Below, one piece after another: positions 21,702-30,419 of a stretch of 45,808 bases of DNA (positions within the stretch are counted from its first letter, which is position 1; every line of letters starts with the position of its first letter). This DNA comes from a virus: positions 1-45,808 of the IMG/VR virus record IMGVR_UViG_3300040801_001654. One strand, written 5' to 3'. The notes beneath the pieces are model-generated. The model searched no databases and was not told the origin of the DNA. It saw only the letters and a program-made list of their open reading frames with translations. Position numbers and translations under genes: made by a program.

Positions 21702-21994
21702 GCTCTAGAGAGGGACCCGAACACTTTCCGTGTGTCTGTGCCTCTAGGGCTAATCTCTTTGACTAGGGCTTGCATCATTTTACGTCGCTATGAAACGCCT
21801 CGTAAGAGGAACATCGCCTACGACGGAGCACGTCTTTACCCTTGGTCCCTCACTGGAACGGGGGCTATTCCCCACGGTTCCATTTATTCAGCTCCCTTCT
21901 AAGTCTCCACTTTCTTAGTACAGGGAGGTTTTTTAAGAACGTTCTACCCAAGAGCATTTCCTCAAACTCTAACAGGTAGGTGGAGTCCATCCAG
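21629..21994 (-). ncRNA. GC-rich structured noncoding RNA of about 366 nt, ending in a tRNA-like domain (tmRNA-like or novel)
   Basis: No ORF on either strand in an otherwise tightly packed operon. GC is visibly higher than in the flanks. Several strong helices are present: GGAAC(C)G(U)GGGG/CCCCCGUUCC at 21855-21881 and the long-range GAGGGACC/GGUCCCUC between 21844-21851 and 21710-21717. The 3' end has a T-arm and acceptor stem. Confidence 0.55.
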
Positions 21995-22363
21995 CTACTC
22001 ACTAGCTTCTTCTGTTGTTTCCTCTTCCTCTTCTTCATTTTCTTGGGGCGTAATATCTATAAGTATTTCTTTCACATCTAAACCCTTTATCTTCTTAATA
22101 GCTTCACTTATATCCTTATCAATTTCCTTCTGCTTTTCTTTCAAGACTTTAATAAGTCTTCTCTTGGCTGGTCCTGCGGTTTTAAACATATCCTCTTGAG
22201 AAACCCCATAGGACTGACCTGTCTGGTAAACTATTTTAACCTCATCTTCTATTGTAGTAACAACTATGCCTGTTACTTCGGCTTTGATTACCTGTGCATT
22301 TCTTAAGTCTGCTGAAGGGTAATACACTATATCTCCCAGATTAAACTTGTTTGTTATTTTCAC
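21995..22363 (-). CDS. Hypothetical protein with an acidic tail
   Basis: 122-aa ORF with a GTG start. C-terminal sequence ENEEEEEETTEEASE. Confidence 0.55.
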   Translation of the reverse strand: MKITNKFNLGDIVYYPSADLRNAQVIKAEVTGIVVTTIEDEVKIVYQTGQSYGVSQEDMFKTAGPAKRRLIKVLKEKQKEIDKDISEAIKKIKGLDVKEILIDITPQENEEEEEETTEEASE

Positions 22364-22381
22364 TATCGTGTATAACTAAAA

Positions 22382-22522
22382 TTATTTACTCACCTCGGCT
22401 TTCGCCTTCTTAACGTAATCTCTTAGTATCGTAACCTCGGCTCTAAGAGTAGCCACCTCCAACTGTAGCTCTTCGACCATTGCTATCAGGCCGTCCTTCT
22501 TCAGTGTCTTTAAATTATCCAT
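22382..22522 (-). CDS. 46-aa coiled-coil peptide (below the ORF-track cutoff)
   Basis: GAGGAAAG SD, then ATG 22522. Sequence: MDNLKTLKKDGLIAMVEELQLEVATLRAEVTILRDYVKKAKAEVSK*. Confidence 0.45.
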   Translation of the reverse strand: MDNLKTLKKDGLIAMVEELQLEVATLRAEVTILRDYVKKAKAEVSK

Positions 22523-22551
22523 ACTTTCCTCAATTAATTTAACTATAATAT

Positions 22552-22580
22552 ATTCTACCATATCTATAACTAAATGTCAA
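22552..22580 (-). promoter_or_regulatory. sigma70-type promoter TTGACA-N17-TAGAAT
   Basis: Minus strand reads cctatagtaataaacacTTGACAtttagttatagatatggTAGAAT. A CTATAG lies 10 nt upstream of the -35 box. Confidence 0.55.
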
Positions 22581-22590
22581 GTGTTTATTA

Positions 22591-23856
22591 CTATAGGTCA
22601 AACATTTGGTGAAGAGTATCCTCTCTGTCCTCATCTTCTGGCTCTTCCACGCGAACTATAGGGTTCCCTGCTGTAATCCTACCACCTGGGAAAGTTATCT
22701 TACAATATATTTCACCTCCCCTACCAGTTCTATTTTTAACCACGTCTAGTATAAAGTCCTCTGTAAACTCCCCCTTTTCATCCTTCTCACGCACAATCTT
22801 TATAGCTACATCTGCTACCTGACCTATCTCTCCTGCCCCCTTAAAGCCGTACACGCCCCCTGCGGCCCCCTTTTGGGACTCATTACTTATCTGAGAGAGT
22901 AGCATAGTACAGCAGTTAAGTTCTTTGGCAAGCTCCTGCATCTTGGTTGAGACTCTGCTTATAACCTCATAATTACTACTAGACTTCTTATCCTGTACAA
23001 GCTGAATAAAGTCTAGAAACAGTACCCCTATATGCCCATTAGCACTTTCCACCCTTGCCTGGCTTACTATATCGGATATATCATATGTAGAATCATATAT
23101 ACGTAAGGTCTTATCCTCAAGGTGTTTTTTAATCCTATCCATTTCTTTTTTAACAATCTCTTCATTACAGGTTTTAGACAGCTCATAAACCCCTAGGTCC
23201 ACCCTTTCTCCAATAAGCCTGTCTAGTATATCCTCTTTCTTCATTTCTAGGGTGAACACTACTACCCTTTCTCCCATGTCTAGTACCTGGTTAATCATAT
23301 TAGTCATAAAAAACGACTTACCAAAGGCATTATAACCACCCACAACCCAGACTTTAGAGGGCCTAAATCCTGAGGTAACCTTATCTAGAAGGTTAATACC
23401 CGTTGACAATCCAAGAAGGCCCCTGTCTGCACCAAGCCTATTCTCTTCGTAGTGCTTAAGATAATCCTCATAGACACTTTTACTGTTAACAATCGTATCC
23501 CTGGAGTACTCAATAGCACCCTCTAGGTCTCCATTAGAAAATAGCTCCTCTGCCTTTTGCTTACGGTATTCTCTAACAAACTCCTTAACATCCTTCTCAT
23601 GAATCCACCCCTCATACTTACTTGTGTCGGTTATTAAGCTTGCGGTCTCAGAGGCCTTGAGACCTGCCACCTTACGTAAGGCTCCCCAATCCTGATTCTT
23701 AAACTCAAATCCCTGCTTAAGAGCCCTGATAACCTTTTTATCAACGTAGTCTTTGAACATCTCCTCATTTAAAAGTGAATAAAACTCGGGCTTATAACCC
23801 CTTGAAAGCAAGGCAACAACTATGCGTCTCTCTCTTTCTATCTCTTTAAAATCCAT
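22591..23856 (-). CDS. dnaB: DnaB-family replicative helicase
   Basis: GGYNAFGKSFFMTN is Walker A and VLFLDFIQL is Walker B-like. The LLSQISNESQK and NRTGRGG segments and the 421-aa length are typical of the family. Confidence 0.8.
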   Translation of the reverse strand: MDFKEIERERRIVVALLSRGYKPEFYSLLNEEMFKDYVDKKVIRALKQGFEFKNQDWGALRKVAGLKASETASLITDTSKYEGWIHEKDVKEFVREYRKQKAEELFSNGDLEGAIEYSRDTIVNSKSVYEDYLKHYEENRLGADRGLLGLSTGINLLDKVTSGFRPSKVWVVGGYNAFGKSFFMTNMINQVLDMGERVVVFTLEMKKEDILDRLIGERVDLGVYELSKTCNEEIVKKEMDRIKKHLEDKTLRIYDSTYDISDIVSQARVESANGHIGVLFLDFIQLVQDKKSSSNYEVISRVSTKMQELAKELNCCTMLLSQISNESQKGAAGGVYGFKGAGEIGQVADVAIKIVREKDEKGEFTEDFILDVVKNRTGRGGEIYCKITFPGGRITAGNPIVRVEEPEDEDREDTLHQMFDL

Positions 23857-23873
23857 TAAAAATATTACTAAAT

Positions 23874-24524
23874 TTATGTAATAACGGGCCTAGGCTTTCT
23901 TTTGCTATCCTTTAGGTTCCCATCCTCTATACCCCTCCTAACCCAGTTACGGGCAAATGCCTTATAATCTTTATATCTCTTTCCCTTAGACTTCAGCCAG
24001 TCCGTCATTTTTTCAAGCTCCTTTGTTACCACATCCTCACTAAGGCTAAACTTCTCCACTAATTCTCTTTTAAATGAATCTTGTGAGAGGACCGAAGGTC
24101 CCTCTCTCTTCTTATCATTCTTTTCATTCTTATTATTCTTGTATGTGTTACTCTGCTGTTCCTCTGCTGTTACTCTGCTGTTACTTTTGCTGTTCACCTT
24201 TTGGTAGTCATCCCAATTTAAGATTGTTATAACGGTGAATTTAGTGGTTGTCTCTTGTTCAATTTGTTGTTCCATTTCGAGGTACTTTAGAATCTTGTAC
24301 ACCTGACTAGGTGTTACACCTGTCGCCTTAGACAACTTTTTTCTCCCCGTTAAAAGCTGTCCACTTTTAAGAGTTTGTTTCTTACTGTTCCATATGAAGG
24401 AAGACTCTTCGTGGTTAGCCATTAAGAGGAGGTGTATCCATACGTTCATATAGTCTGGTCTATCAGCGATAGGGTTATCCAGTAACTTTCGTGATAGTTT
24501 TATCCAGCCTTGTTGTTTACTCAT
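23874..24524 (-). CDS. Replication initiator / helicase-loader-like protein (winged-helix N-terminus, DnaD/phage O-like)
   Basis: GWIKLSRKLLDNPI...NVWIHLLLMANH...LKSGQLLTGRKKLSKATGVTPSQVYKILKYLE is a wHTH. Directly upstream of dnaB, and contains iterons. Confidence 0.55.
   Translation of the reverse strand: MSKQQGWIKLSRKLLDNPIADRPDYMNVWIHLLLMANHEESSFIWNSKKQTLKSGQLLTGRKKLSKATGVTPSQVYKILKYLEMEQQIEQETTTKFTVITILNWDDYQKVNSKSNSRVTAEEQQSNTYKNNKNEKNDKKREGPSVLSQDSFKRELVEKFSLSEDVVTKELEKMTDWLKSKGKRYKDYKAFARNWVRRGIEDGNLKDSKRKPRPVIT
24152..24195. repeat. Four 11-bp direct repeats (TCTGCTGTTcC/aC), a candidate origin iteron set inside the initiator gene
   Basis: tctgctgttcc tctgctgttac tctgctgttac ttttgctgttc, with strict 11-nt spacing. 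An AT-rich tract lies at 24105-24145 next to it. Confidence 0.5.
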
Positions 24525-24783
24525 TTTTCTTGCTGTCTGGATAAGTTAGTCCGTGATATTCCTCTCTGATTTTCAACTCACCAAAGAGGCTCTTTTGGAC
24601 AGTCATTACTTTTTCATACATTTCCTCAAGTTCTCTTGGACTTGCCGTCTCAACATTACAGCTTTCTTCGATTACCTTTAACCTATATGACAGCCTGGGG
24701 ATGAATGAGAGTCTGTCTAGTAGTTTGATTATGTCTACGTATGTACCCAGTTTACCTCTCTCTATTGCTTTTTTATTATTCAT
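24517..24783 (-). CDS. Hypothetical protein (first gene of the leftward replication operon)
   Basis: 88-aa ORF. AGGAAC RBS-like sequence upstream. Confidence 0.55.
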   Translation of the reverse strand: MNNKKAIERGKLGTYVDIIKLLDRLSFIPRLSYRLKVIEESCNVETASPRELEEMYEKVMTVQKSLFGELKIREEYHGLTYPDSKKNE

Positions 24784-24917
24784 TATTATTGTTCCTAATC
24801 TTGTAGGGGGGTAGGAATTTAGCGAAACCTACCCGCCCACAGGATTATCTAAATATTACTAGAGGGACAGTACTAAATTTTTTTGTTATGAAATCCGCTA
24901 AATTTAATTATGCTACC

Positions 24918-24946
24918 ATTGTACCATATTGGAAATCGTTTGTCAA
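24918..24946 (-). promoter_or_regulatory. Leftward promoter TTGACA-N17-TACAAT
   Basis: Minus strand reads TTGACAaacgatttccaatatggTACAAT. Confidence 0.55.
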
Positions 24947-24949
24947 GGC

Positions 24950-24979
24950 TTGACATACTATAGGCTTATATGGTATAAT
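24950..24979 (+). promoter_or_regulatory. Rightward promoter TTGACA-N18-(TGg)TATAAT for the packaging/late arm
   Basis: TTGACA 24950-24955, CTATAG in the spacer, TATAAT 24974-24979. ATG 24989 is 10 nt downstream. Confidence 0.6.
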
Positions 24980-24988
24980 GTAAGCAGT

Positions 24989-25510
24989 ATGGAGAAAGAC
25001 ATTAAACCAGACAATGCAGAGGGTGTAGCCCACTTGGCTGCAGCAGAGGCACCAGTGCGTGCCGTTATTTTAGCAGACTTACCTAAATCGGAGAGAGACA
25101 CTATACTAGAGGGTCTCATTGAATCTGCTATGATGATGGGGTTAATTGAGACTGACCAGATAAGGGACTGGTTAGGGCTAGAGAGTGTAGGAACTAAATC
25201 AATTAATTACATGATTGATAGGGTAACGGAGAAGTGGCTAGACGAAACAGAGGATGTTTATGAGTTTGCTAAGACACAGCGTGTTACACAGATAAAGAAA
25301 TCTTGGGAAGAAGTGAGAAACTGTGAGAGGTTATTCAAAGAAGCAGAGACTACAAATGAGAAGGTTAAGATAAAGAAGCTCCAGTTGGAGTGGATGCAGT
25401 ATATATCTAAGCTAGCCTTGGTAGATAAGATGGTTGAAGCGGCAACACCAGATATGCAGATAGTTGTTAATGGTGGGTTGTCCATAGAGGAGGATAGAGA
25501 TGGCGACTAA
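24989..25510 (+). CDS. Putative small terminase subunit
   Basis: 173 aa, immediately upstream of and overlapping terL by 11 nt. The call is positional only. The track start 24929 lies inside the promoter. Confidence 0.45.
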   Translation: MEKDIKPDNAEGVAHLAAAEAPVRAVILADLPKSERDTILEGLIESAMMMGLIETDQIRDWLGLESVGTKSINYMIDRVTEKWLDETEDVYEFAKTQRVTQIKKSWEEVRNCERLFKEAETTNEKVKIKKLQLEWMQYISKLALVDKMVEAATPDMQIVVNGGLSIEEDRDGD

Positions 25511-26885
25511 TGTTAATCTATGGACAGTTGACCATGGGCAGGGCAAAGTAACGGGAGAACCCCACGAAGGACAGAAGGATATTATGTCTTCTGATGCTAG
25601 GTTTAAAGTAGTTGTATGTGGAAGGAGGTGGGGTAAGTCCTTTTTTGCTGTTGTGACGCTCTTAACAGAGGCACTAAACAACCCAGGTGGACTGTATTGG
25701 TATATAGGTCCTACCTATAGGCAAGCGAAGAACATTGCGTGGAGAATGTTGTTATCAAGAATAAAGCTTTTTCCTAAATATTTCCAGGACAAATGCCATA
25801 TAGAAAAGAATAACCTTATTGTAGAACTGCCCAATGGCTCTATTATAGAGTTAAAGGGGGCACAGGACCACGACAGTCTTGTTGGTTCTGGACTCAATGG
25901 GGTTGTACTAGACGAGTATGCAATGGACATCTACGGAAATTCACCTGTATGGAAAGAAGCCATTAGACCCGCCCTATCAGATAAGATGGGGTGGGCTATC
26001 TTTATATCTACACCACGTGGGTATAATCACTTCTATGACTTATACGACTATGCTTGTCACCACGAGAATGAGGGTTGGCAGGCTTGGAAGATGCCAACAG
26101 AGACAAACCCTTATATATCAAAAAAAGAACTAGAGGCTGCTAGGAGAGAAGTGGGTAGTGATATGTATTCTCAGGAGTATGAGGCAGACTTTAGAAAGAG
26201 GAGTGGATTGGTTTATAAGGAGTTTGAGAGGGATAAACACGTAATAGAACCTATGAATCCAGCTGATATTCCTAGTAGGTGGAATTTAGAGGTGGGTTTA
26301 GACTTTGGAACTTCACACCCAACGGCTGCAATATTTGTCTTATTTGACCACGTTAATGATATAGCCTATGTAGTGGATGAACACTACGAGAGTGAGTGGA
26401 CAACAGAGAGACACCTACAATCTATTGTTACTAAAGAGAATAAGTGGCTTATGAACCTTAGAAAGAAGACACCTAAAAGGGTGGGGGACAGTCAGGCTAA
26501 GCAGGTTTTACTAGACTATGCTAAGGCAGGGTACCCAGTAACGCCTACACCAAAGGGTAGGGACAGTGTTATGGCGGGAATAAGTGAGGTAAGAAAGAGA
26601 CTTATAAAGGATATTGTTATTAATAAACCCAAGTTGTTCATATGTAATAACTGTGAGAATACTATAAGGGAATTTGAAAACTACTCTTGGCAGGGGTATA
26701 GGGATGACGCTATAGAGGTAGATGAGAGAATGAGATTAGCTACAAAAGGACAGGATGCACCAAAGAAAGTCTTTGATGATGCTATGGATGCCCTCAGGTA
26801 TGTGATACAGTATCACTCGGCTGGGGACACCCAGGGTGTTATTAGACATCCACGGGCTGCCAGAAACCCGATAACTGGCTTTTAA
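25500..26885 (+). CDS. terL: Terminase large subunit
   Basis: VVCGRRWGKSFFAV is Walker A and GVVLDEYA is Walker B. The C-terminal LDFGTSHP...DD segment is RNase H-like nuclease. Strong GAGGAGGA SD. Confidence 0.85.
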   Translation: MATNVNLWTVDHGQGKVTGEPHEGQKDIMSSDARFKVVVCGRRWGKSFFAVVTLLTEALNNPGGLYWYIGPTYRQAKNIAWRMLLSRIKLFPKYFQDKCHIEKNNLIVELPNGSIIELKGAQDHDSLVGSGLNGVVLDEYAMDIYGNSPVWKEAIRPALSDKMGWAIFISTPRGYNHFYDLYDYACHHENEGWQAWKMPTETNPYISKKELEAARREVGSDMYSQEYEADFRKRSGLVYKEFERDKHVIEPMNPADIPSRWNLEVGLDFGTSHPTAAIFVLFDHVNDIAYVVDEHYESEWTTERHLQSIVTKENKWLMNLRKKTPKRVGDSQAKQVLLDYAKAGYPVTPTPKGRDSVMAGISEVRKRLIKDIVINKPKLFICNNCENTIREFENYSWQGYRDDAIEVDERMRLATKGQDAPKKVFDDAMDALRYVIQYHSAGDTQGVIRHPRAARNPITGF

Positions 26886-26904
26886 ATTTATTTATATATA
26901 TAAC

Positions 26905-27546
26905 ATGAAGGTAAGAGTAAAGAACAACCGACTAGCTCTAGAGGGGCATCTTAAGAACCTCGAGGAGGCTTCAGACGAAGAGCTTAGGAAGGTAGCCGCC
27001 AAATATCAAATAGGGTGGCAAACATTCATAGAGAAGGAAGTACCCGTACAATCGAGGGGTATTACCAAAATGAGGACTGAACAAGTGGTTCAGCCCAAGA
27101 GCAGAAAACAGCTCGAAGACGAGATTAGGAAGAGGTTAACTATAACTTTATATGTTCCTAAAGAATACTGGACAAAAGAGCAAGAGGAAGCCTTTACTGG
27201 TAATGACCTTATGAATGAGAAGGACATTAACAGGGAGAGGGAAGTTAAGAAGGCTGCTGGTATAATGCAGGTTATTCCACCTTTTGAGGACGTTGGTGAT
27301 AAGGTTGCGGAAGCAAGAATGTTAGGAGAACTAACAGAAGACCAATGGGAATACTTTAAAGACCAGTTTAATTATAAGATTAAAAGGGTTAAAGACGATG
27401 AGGGTAAGGTTATAGGTAAGAAGAAGAACTATGTACATAGACTAATGGCAGTTGAGTACATACCAGAAAATGAAAAGGACCAGGAGAGGTTGGATAAAGA
27501 GAACGAGAAGGAAGAGGAGAAAAAATCTAAATCAAAAAAGAAGTAA
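26905..27546 (+). CDS. Hypothetical charged protein (Lys-rich C-terminus)
   Basis: 213-aa ORF between terL and the portal gene. Confidence 0.6.
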   Translation: MKVRVKNNRLALEGHLKNLEEASDEELRKVAAKYQIGWQTFIEKEVPVQSRGITKMRTEQVVQPKSRKQLEDEIRKRLTITLYVPKEYWTKEQEEAFTGNDLMNEKDINREREVKKAAGIMQVIPPFEDVGDKVAEARMLGELTEDQWEYFKDQFNYKIKRVKDDEGKVIGKKKNYVHRLMAVEYIPENEKDQERLDKENEKEEEKKSKSKKK

Positions 27547-27548
27547 CA

Positions 27549-27764
27549 ATGGACAAGATAGAATTAAAAGACGTCGTAAATGAGGTTAGAGAGTTCAGTT
27601 TAAAAAATTTTCCTGCTACCCCAGAGCTTAGGGCGTTGGAAAACATATTTGAAGAGATGGTTTTCGGTGAAATTACCATTAAAATCATTGATGGGAAGAT
27701 AGAATCGATGCAAGTCACCCATAATTACAAGCCTATAGTTGACAAAGAGAACGAAATGGTGTAA
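27549..27764 (+). CDS. Hypothetical protein
   Basis: 71-aa ORF, tightly packed. Confidence 0.5.
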   Translation: MDKIELKDVVNEVREFSLKNFPATPELRALENIFEEMVFGEITIKIIDGKIESMQVTHNYKPIVDKENEMV

Positions 27765-27767
27765 AAT
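27739..27767 (+). promoter_or_regulatory. Promoter TTGACA-N17-TAAAAT upstream of the portal gene
   Basis: gcCTATAGTTGACAaagagaacgaaatggtgTAAAAT. A CTATAG abuts the -35 box. Confidence 0.5.
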
Positions 27768-27798
27768 AGGGTAGATGAATTAAATATTATAAAAAATT

Positions 27799-30135
27799 AT
27801 GGCTAAAATATTAAGTGAGAGTCTCTTAGAATACCTAGACGGGCCTTCTGAGGACTATAATGCAGACTATAAGGTCTGGGCAAATAAAGAAGAGTGGAAG
27901 TTAGTAGGAAAAATTAGGTCTAGGATACAGGAGATGTATAATGCTAGACAAAATACCTGCTACCTCATAAACTATGATGGTTCAAAGAGCTGGGATGCTC
28001 ACTGGAACCTATTGGAGAAGGATTACTTGATGTATTCGGAGTTCGGTAACGAAGACGACTGGAGGAGTAACCTTAAGTCTAGTATTGCTTACAGAACTAT
28101 AGCATCTTTAGATTCTAAAGAGAGAAAACAAGAAGTAGACTTTATGGTTGAGGCGAGTAATGAGTCTGACGAGTCTAAGGGTAGGGCTATTGTATATAGG
28201 TATATGTATGAGGACTACTTTAGAAGAAACCCAGACATAAGATACAAATTCTTAGAGGTTTCTAAGAGGGCAAAGATATTTGGAACTTCAATAGCGTATA
28301 TACCCTATACGATTAAGATGCGCAAGGTTTCTATGCCAGAAGTTACGGACGTAAGTGAGGATGATATAAAAAATGGTGAGTTACCAGAGATAGAATATAA
28401 GGACAAGTATATTGTGGATTATGAGGATGCTGATTTACTACCCTGGAATATACAAGACTTTTACGTAGACCCTAATGCAAGAAGTATACACGGTACGGAC
28501 CACCCAGCAACAGACGTGGCTGGTATATTATACGTTACAGAGTCTCAGGTTAGAATGATGTTTCAAGGAGACCCTGCAGTTAAGAACCTTGATAAGATTA
28601 AATCAAACAACGACCAGTCTTACGCTTCACCATTTTTCTCCCCCCCTAGGGATACCGAGAGGGGCTACGGAGAATTGGTTTATTACTACAATGTAGAGAC
28701 GGACAGTGAGGTTATCATGTATGGGGATGTTCTACTTAAAGAGGGTCCTATTCCTTATCAGGATAAGAAGATTCCCTTTGTAGACTTTAGGTTTATCAAA
28801 CATCCAGGACATTTTTATGGAATGGGGGTTGGTGATATAACTATACAGCAGTCTTCAGAGGAGTCTGCACTTAAGAACTCTAGACTAGACAGGGTTAAGT
28901 TTACAACTACACCTCCTACATTTGTTGGAGCAACAATCTTTGGAGATGTTGATGACCAGTGGGATACTATGGAACCTAATATGTTGGTTAAGGTTGGTGA
29001 CGTAAGCCAGGTTAAACCACTAGAGTTTCCACCTATTCCTTTTGATTCTTTCAGAATTTCTGAAGAGCTTAAGGATGAGGCTGTTATGAATACAGGTATT
29101 AACCCACACGGTATGTCACTACCAATGAGCTCAACACCAGCAACCAATACTATTGCAATGAAAGAAACCGCCAGTGATATGGCAAATATGTATGCAGACA
29201 ACTTGATGGAGGGTATGGGACATTGGGGAGAACTACTTGGTAGTAGGTTCTCACAGTTCTATTCAACACCTTCAAGGAAGTCTTCATTGGAGTATGATAA
29301 GAAGGAAATGAGAAAATTAAGACTAGAGGATATAGACCTTTATAAAGACGACGATGGTAATTATAACTACAGAGAAGTTAAAGGTTCTAAAATTATTCCA
29401 CTAGAAAAGGAAATGTTTAACTGGGACGGTGAGCCTAGAATATATGTTAACCCCGACTTTATAGCTCCTTTATCAGGAACCTATAGAATGAGGAAAGCGC
29501 AAGAGGTACTACCTCAGTTAGTACAATTAGCTGGAGATAGGGGAATGCCTATGGCTAACGGAGCACCAGCAGTTATTGATATAAGAAAACTCGTAAGGTG
29601 GTTCTTGGAGGAGATGGAAATGTCTGACCAAGACTTAATCCTTGATGAGGATGAGGATAGAATAGAAGAGATTAAAGAGGCACAAGAACAACAGCTTAAG
29701 ATGCAAGATGGTGAACAGGTGGCGGGAATACCAGGTGAACCACTAGCGCATAGGTATACACACGCCGTTGAGTTAAGGAGACTTAACGATGCAATAGGTT
29801 CTGAGGACTATCAATTGATAGTACAATCCCCAGACCCACAGATGCAGGCGTTTGTAGTAGCAATGGATGAATATAGAAAACAATTGACAGAGCACTTGAG
29901 GTTAGATAACCTCCTTCAGCAGGATGCCCCAGAAGCCTCTGTGGCAGATTCTGACGCCGTTTCACAGGCAATGAGCGGTGGAATGGGGGGTGGTATGCAA
30001 ATGCCACGTAACAACGCAGTTAACATTCCCACGGTAAGTGGTAACCAAGGGTTGCCTAACCAGGGTGGAATGCCCGTACCTAATAAGATGGGTGTAGAGG
30101 ATGTAACTGGACAGATAGCAGGTACAGCAATTTAA
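27799..30135 (+). CDS. Portal protein
   Basis: 778 aa. Lies after the terminase and before the scaffold and capsid genes. C-terminal Gly/Met/Gln-rich tail. The call rests on position and size. Confidence 0.65.
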   Translation: MAKILSESLLEYLDGPSEDYNADYKVWANKEEWKLVGKIRSRIQEMYNARQNTCYLINYDGSKSWDAHWNLLEKDYLMYSEFGNEDDWRSNLKSSIAYRTIASLDSKERKQEVDFMVEASNESDESKGRAIVYRYMYEDYFRRNPDIRYKFLEVSKRAKIFGTSIAYIPYTIKMRKVSMPEVTDVSEDDIKNGELPEIEYKDKYIVDYEDADLLPWNIQDFYVDPNARSIHGTDHPATDVAGILYVTESQVRMMFQGDPAVKNLDKIKSNNDQSYASPFFSPPRDTERGYGELVYYYNVETDSEVIMYGDVLLKEGPIPYQDKKIPFVDFRFIKHPGHFYGMGVGDITIQQSSEESALKNSRLDRVKFTTTPPTFVGATIFGDVDDQWDTMEPNMLVKVGDVSQVKPLEFPPIPFDSFRISEELKDEAVMNTGINPHGMSLPMSSTPATNTIAMKETASDMANMYADNLMEGMGHWGELLGSRFSQFYSTPSRKSSLEYDKKEMRKLRLEDIDLYKDDDGNYNYREVKGSKIIPLEKEMFNWDGEPRIYVNPDFIAPLSGTYRMRKAQEVLPQLVQLAGDRGMPMANGAPAVIDIRKLVRWFLEEMEMSDQDLILDEDEDRIEEIKEAQEQQLKMQDGEQVAGIPGEPLAHRYTHAVELRRLNDAIGSEDYQLIVQSPDPQMQAFVVAMDEYRKQLTEHLRLDNLLQQDAPEASVADSDAVSQAMSGGMGGGMQMPRNNAVNIPTVSGNQGLPNQGGMPVPNKMGVEDVTGQIAGTAI

Positions 30136-30151
30136 TTTAGTATTTAGTATT

Positions 30152-30400
30152 ATGAGCAGAAAGGCAGAACAAAAAGCAGCTCGAAAAAGAATAGCTGAAA
30201 TGACTAAAACAGAGGGGTGGGTAGACTTCAAAAAACTATTACCCGAGTATGTGAACAGTATTTATCAAGAGATTATGTTAGCTGATAAGGCAGACCCAGA
30301 CTTGATGGCAGCCTTGTCATATAAGCTTAAATACAGTGTTCAGGTTATGACAGTACTCTTCGATGAGTGTGAGAAAATGAGAGAGGACCTTGACAACTAG
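30152..30400 (+). CDS. Hypothetical protein
   Basis: 82-aa ORF. Confidence 0.5.
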   Translation: MSRKAEQKAARKRIAEMTKTEGWVDFKKLLPEYVNSIYQEIMLADKADPDLMAALSYKLKYSVQVMTVLFDECEKMREDLDN

Positions 30401-30419
30401 GTGCGTCCTATAGTATAAT
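30390..30419 (+). promoter_or_regulatory. Promoter TTGACA-N18-TATAAT for the scaffold/capsid genes
   Basis: TTGACA 30390-30395, CCTATAG directly abutting TATAAT 30414-30419. Confidence 0.6.

Noticed and set aside
21629-21994. A canonical one-piece or permuted (two-piece) tmRNA.
   Set aside because: The GGGGACG 5' acceptor strand lies only 73 nt from the 3' end, not about 300 nt. The gene order does not fit the permuted type. I found no resume codon or tag ORF ending in the usual hydrophobic ..LAA-type tail. It is kept only as 'tmRNA-like', pending ARAGORN or Infernal.
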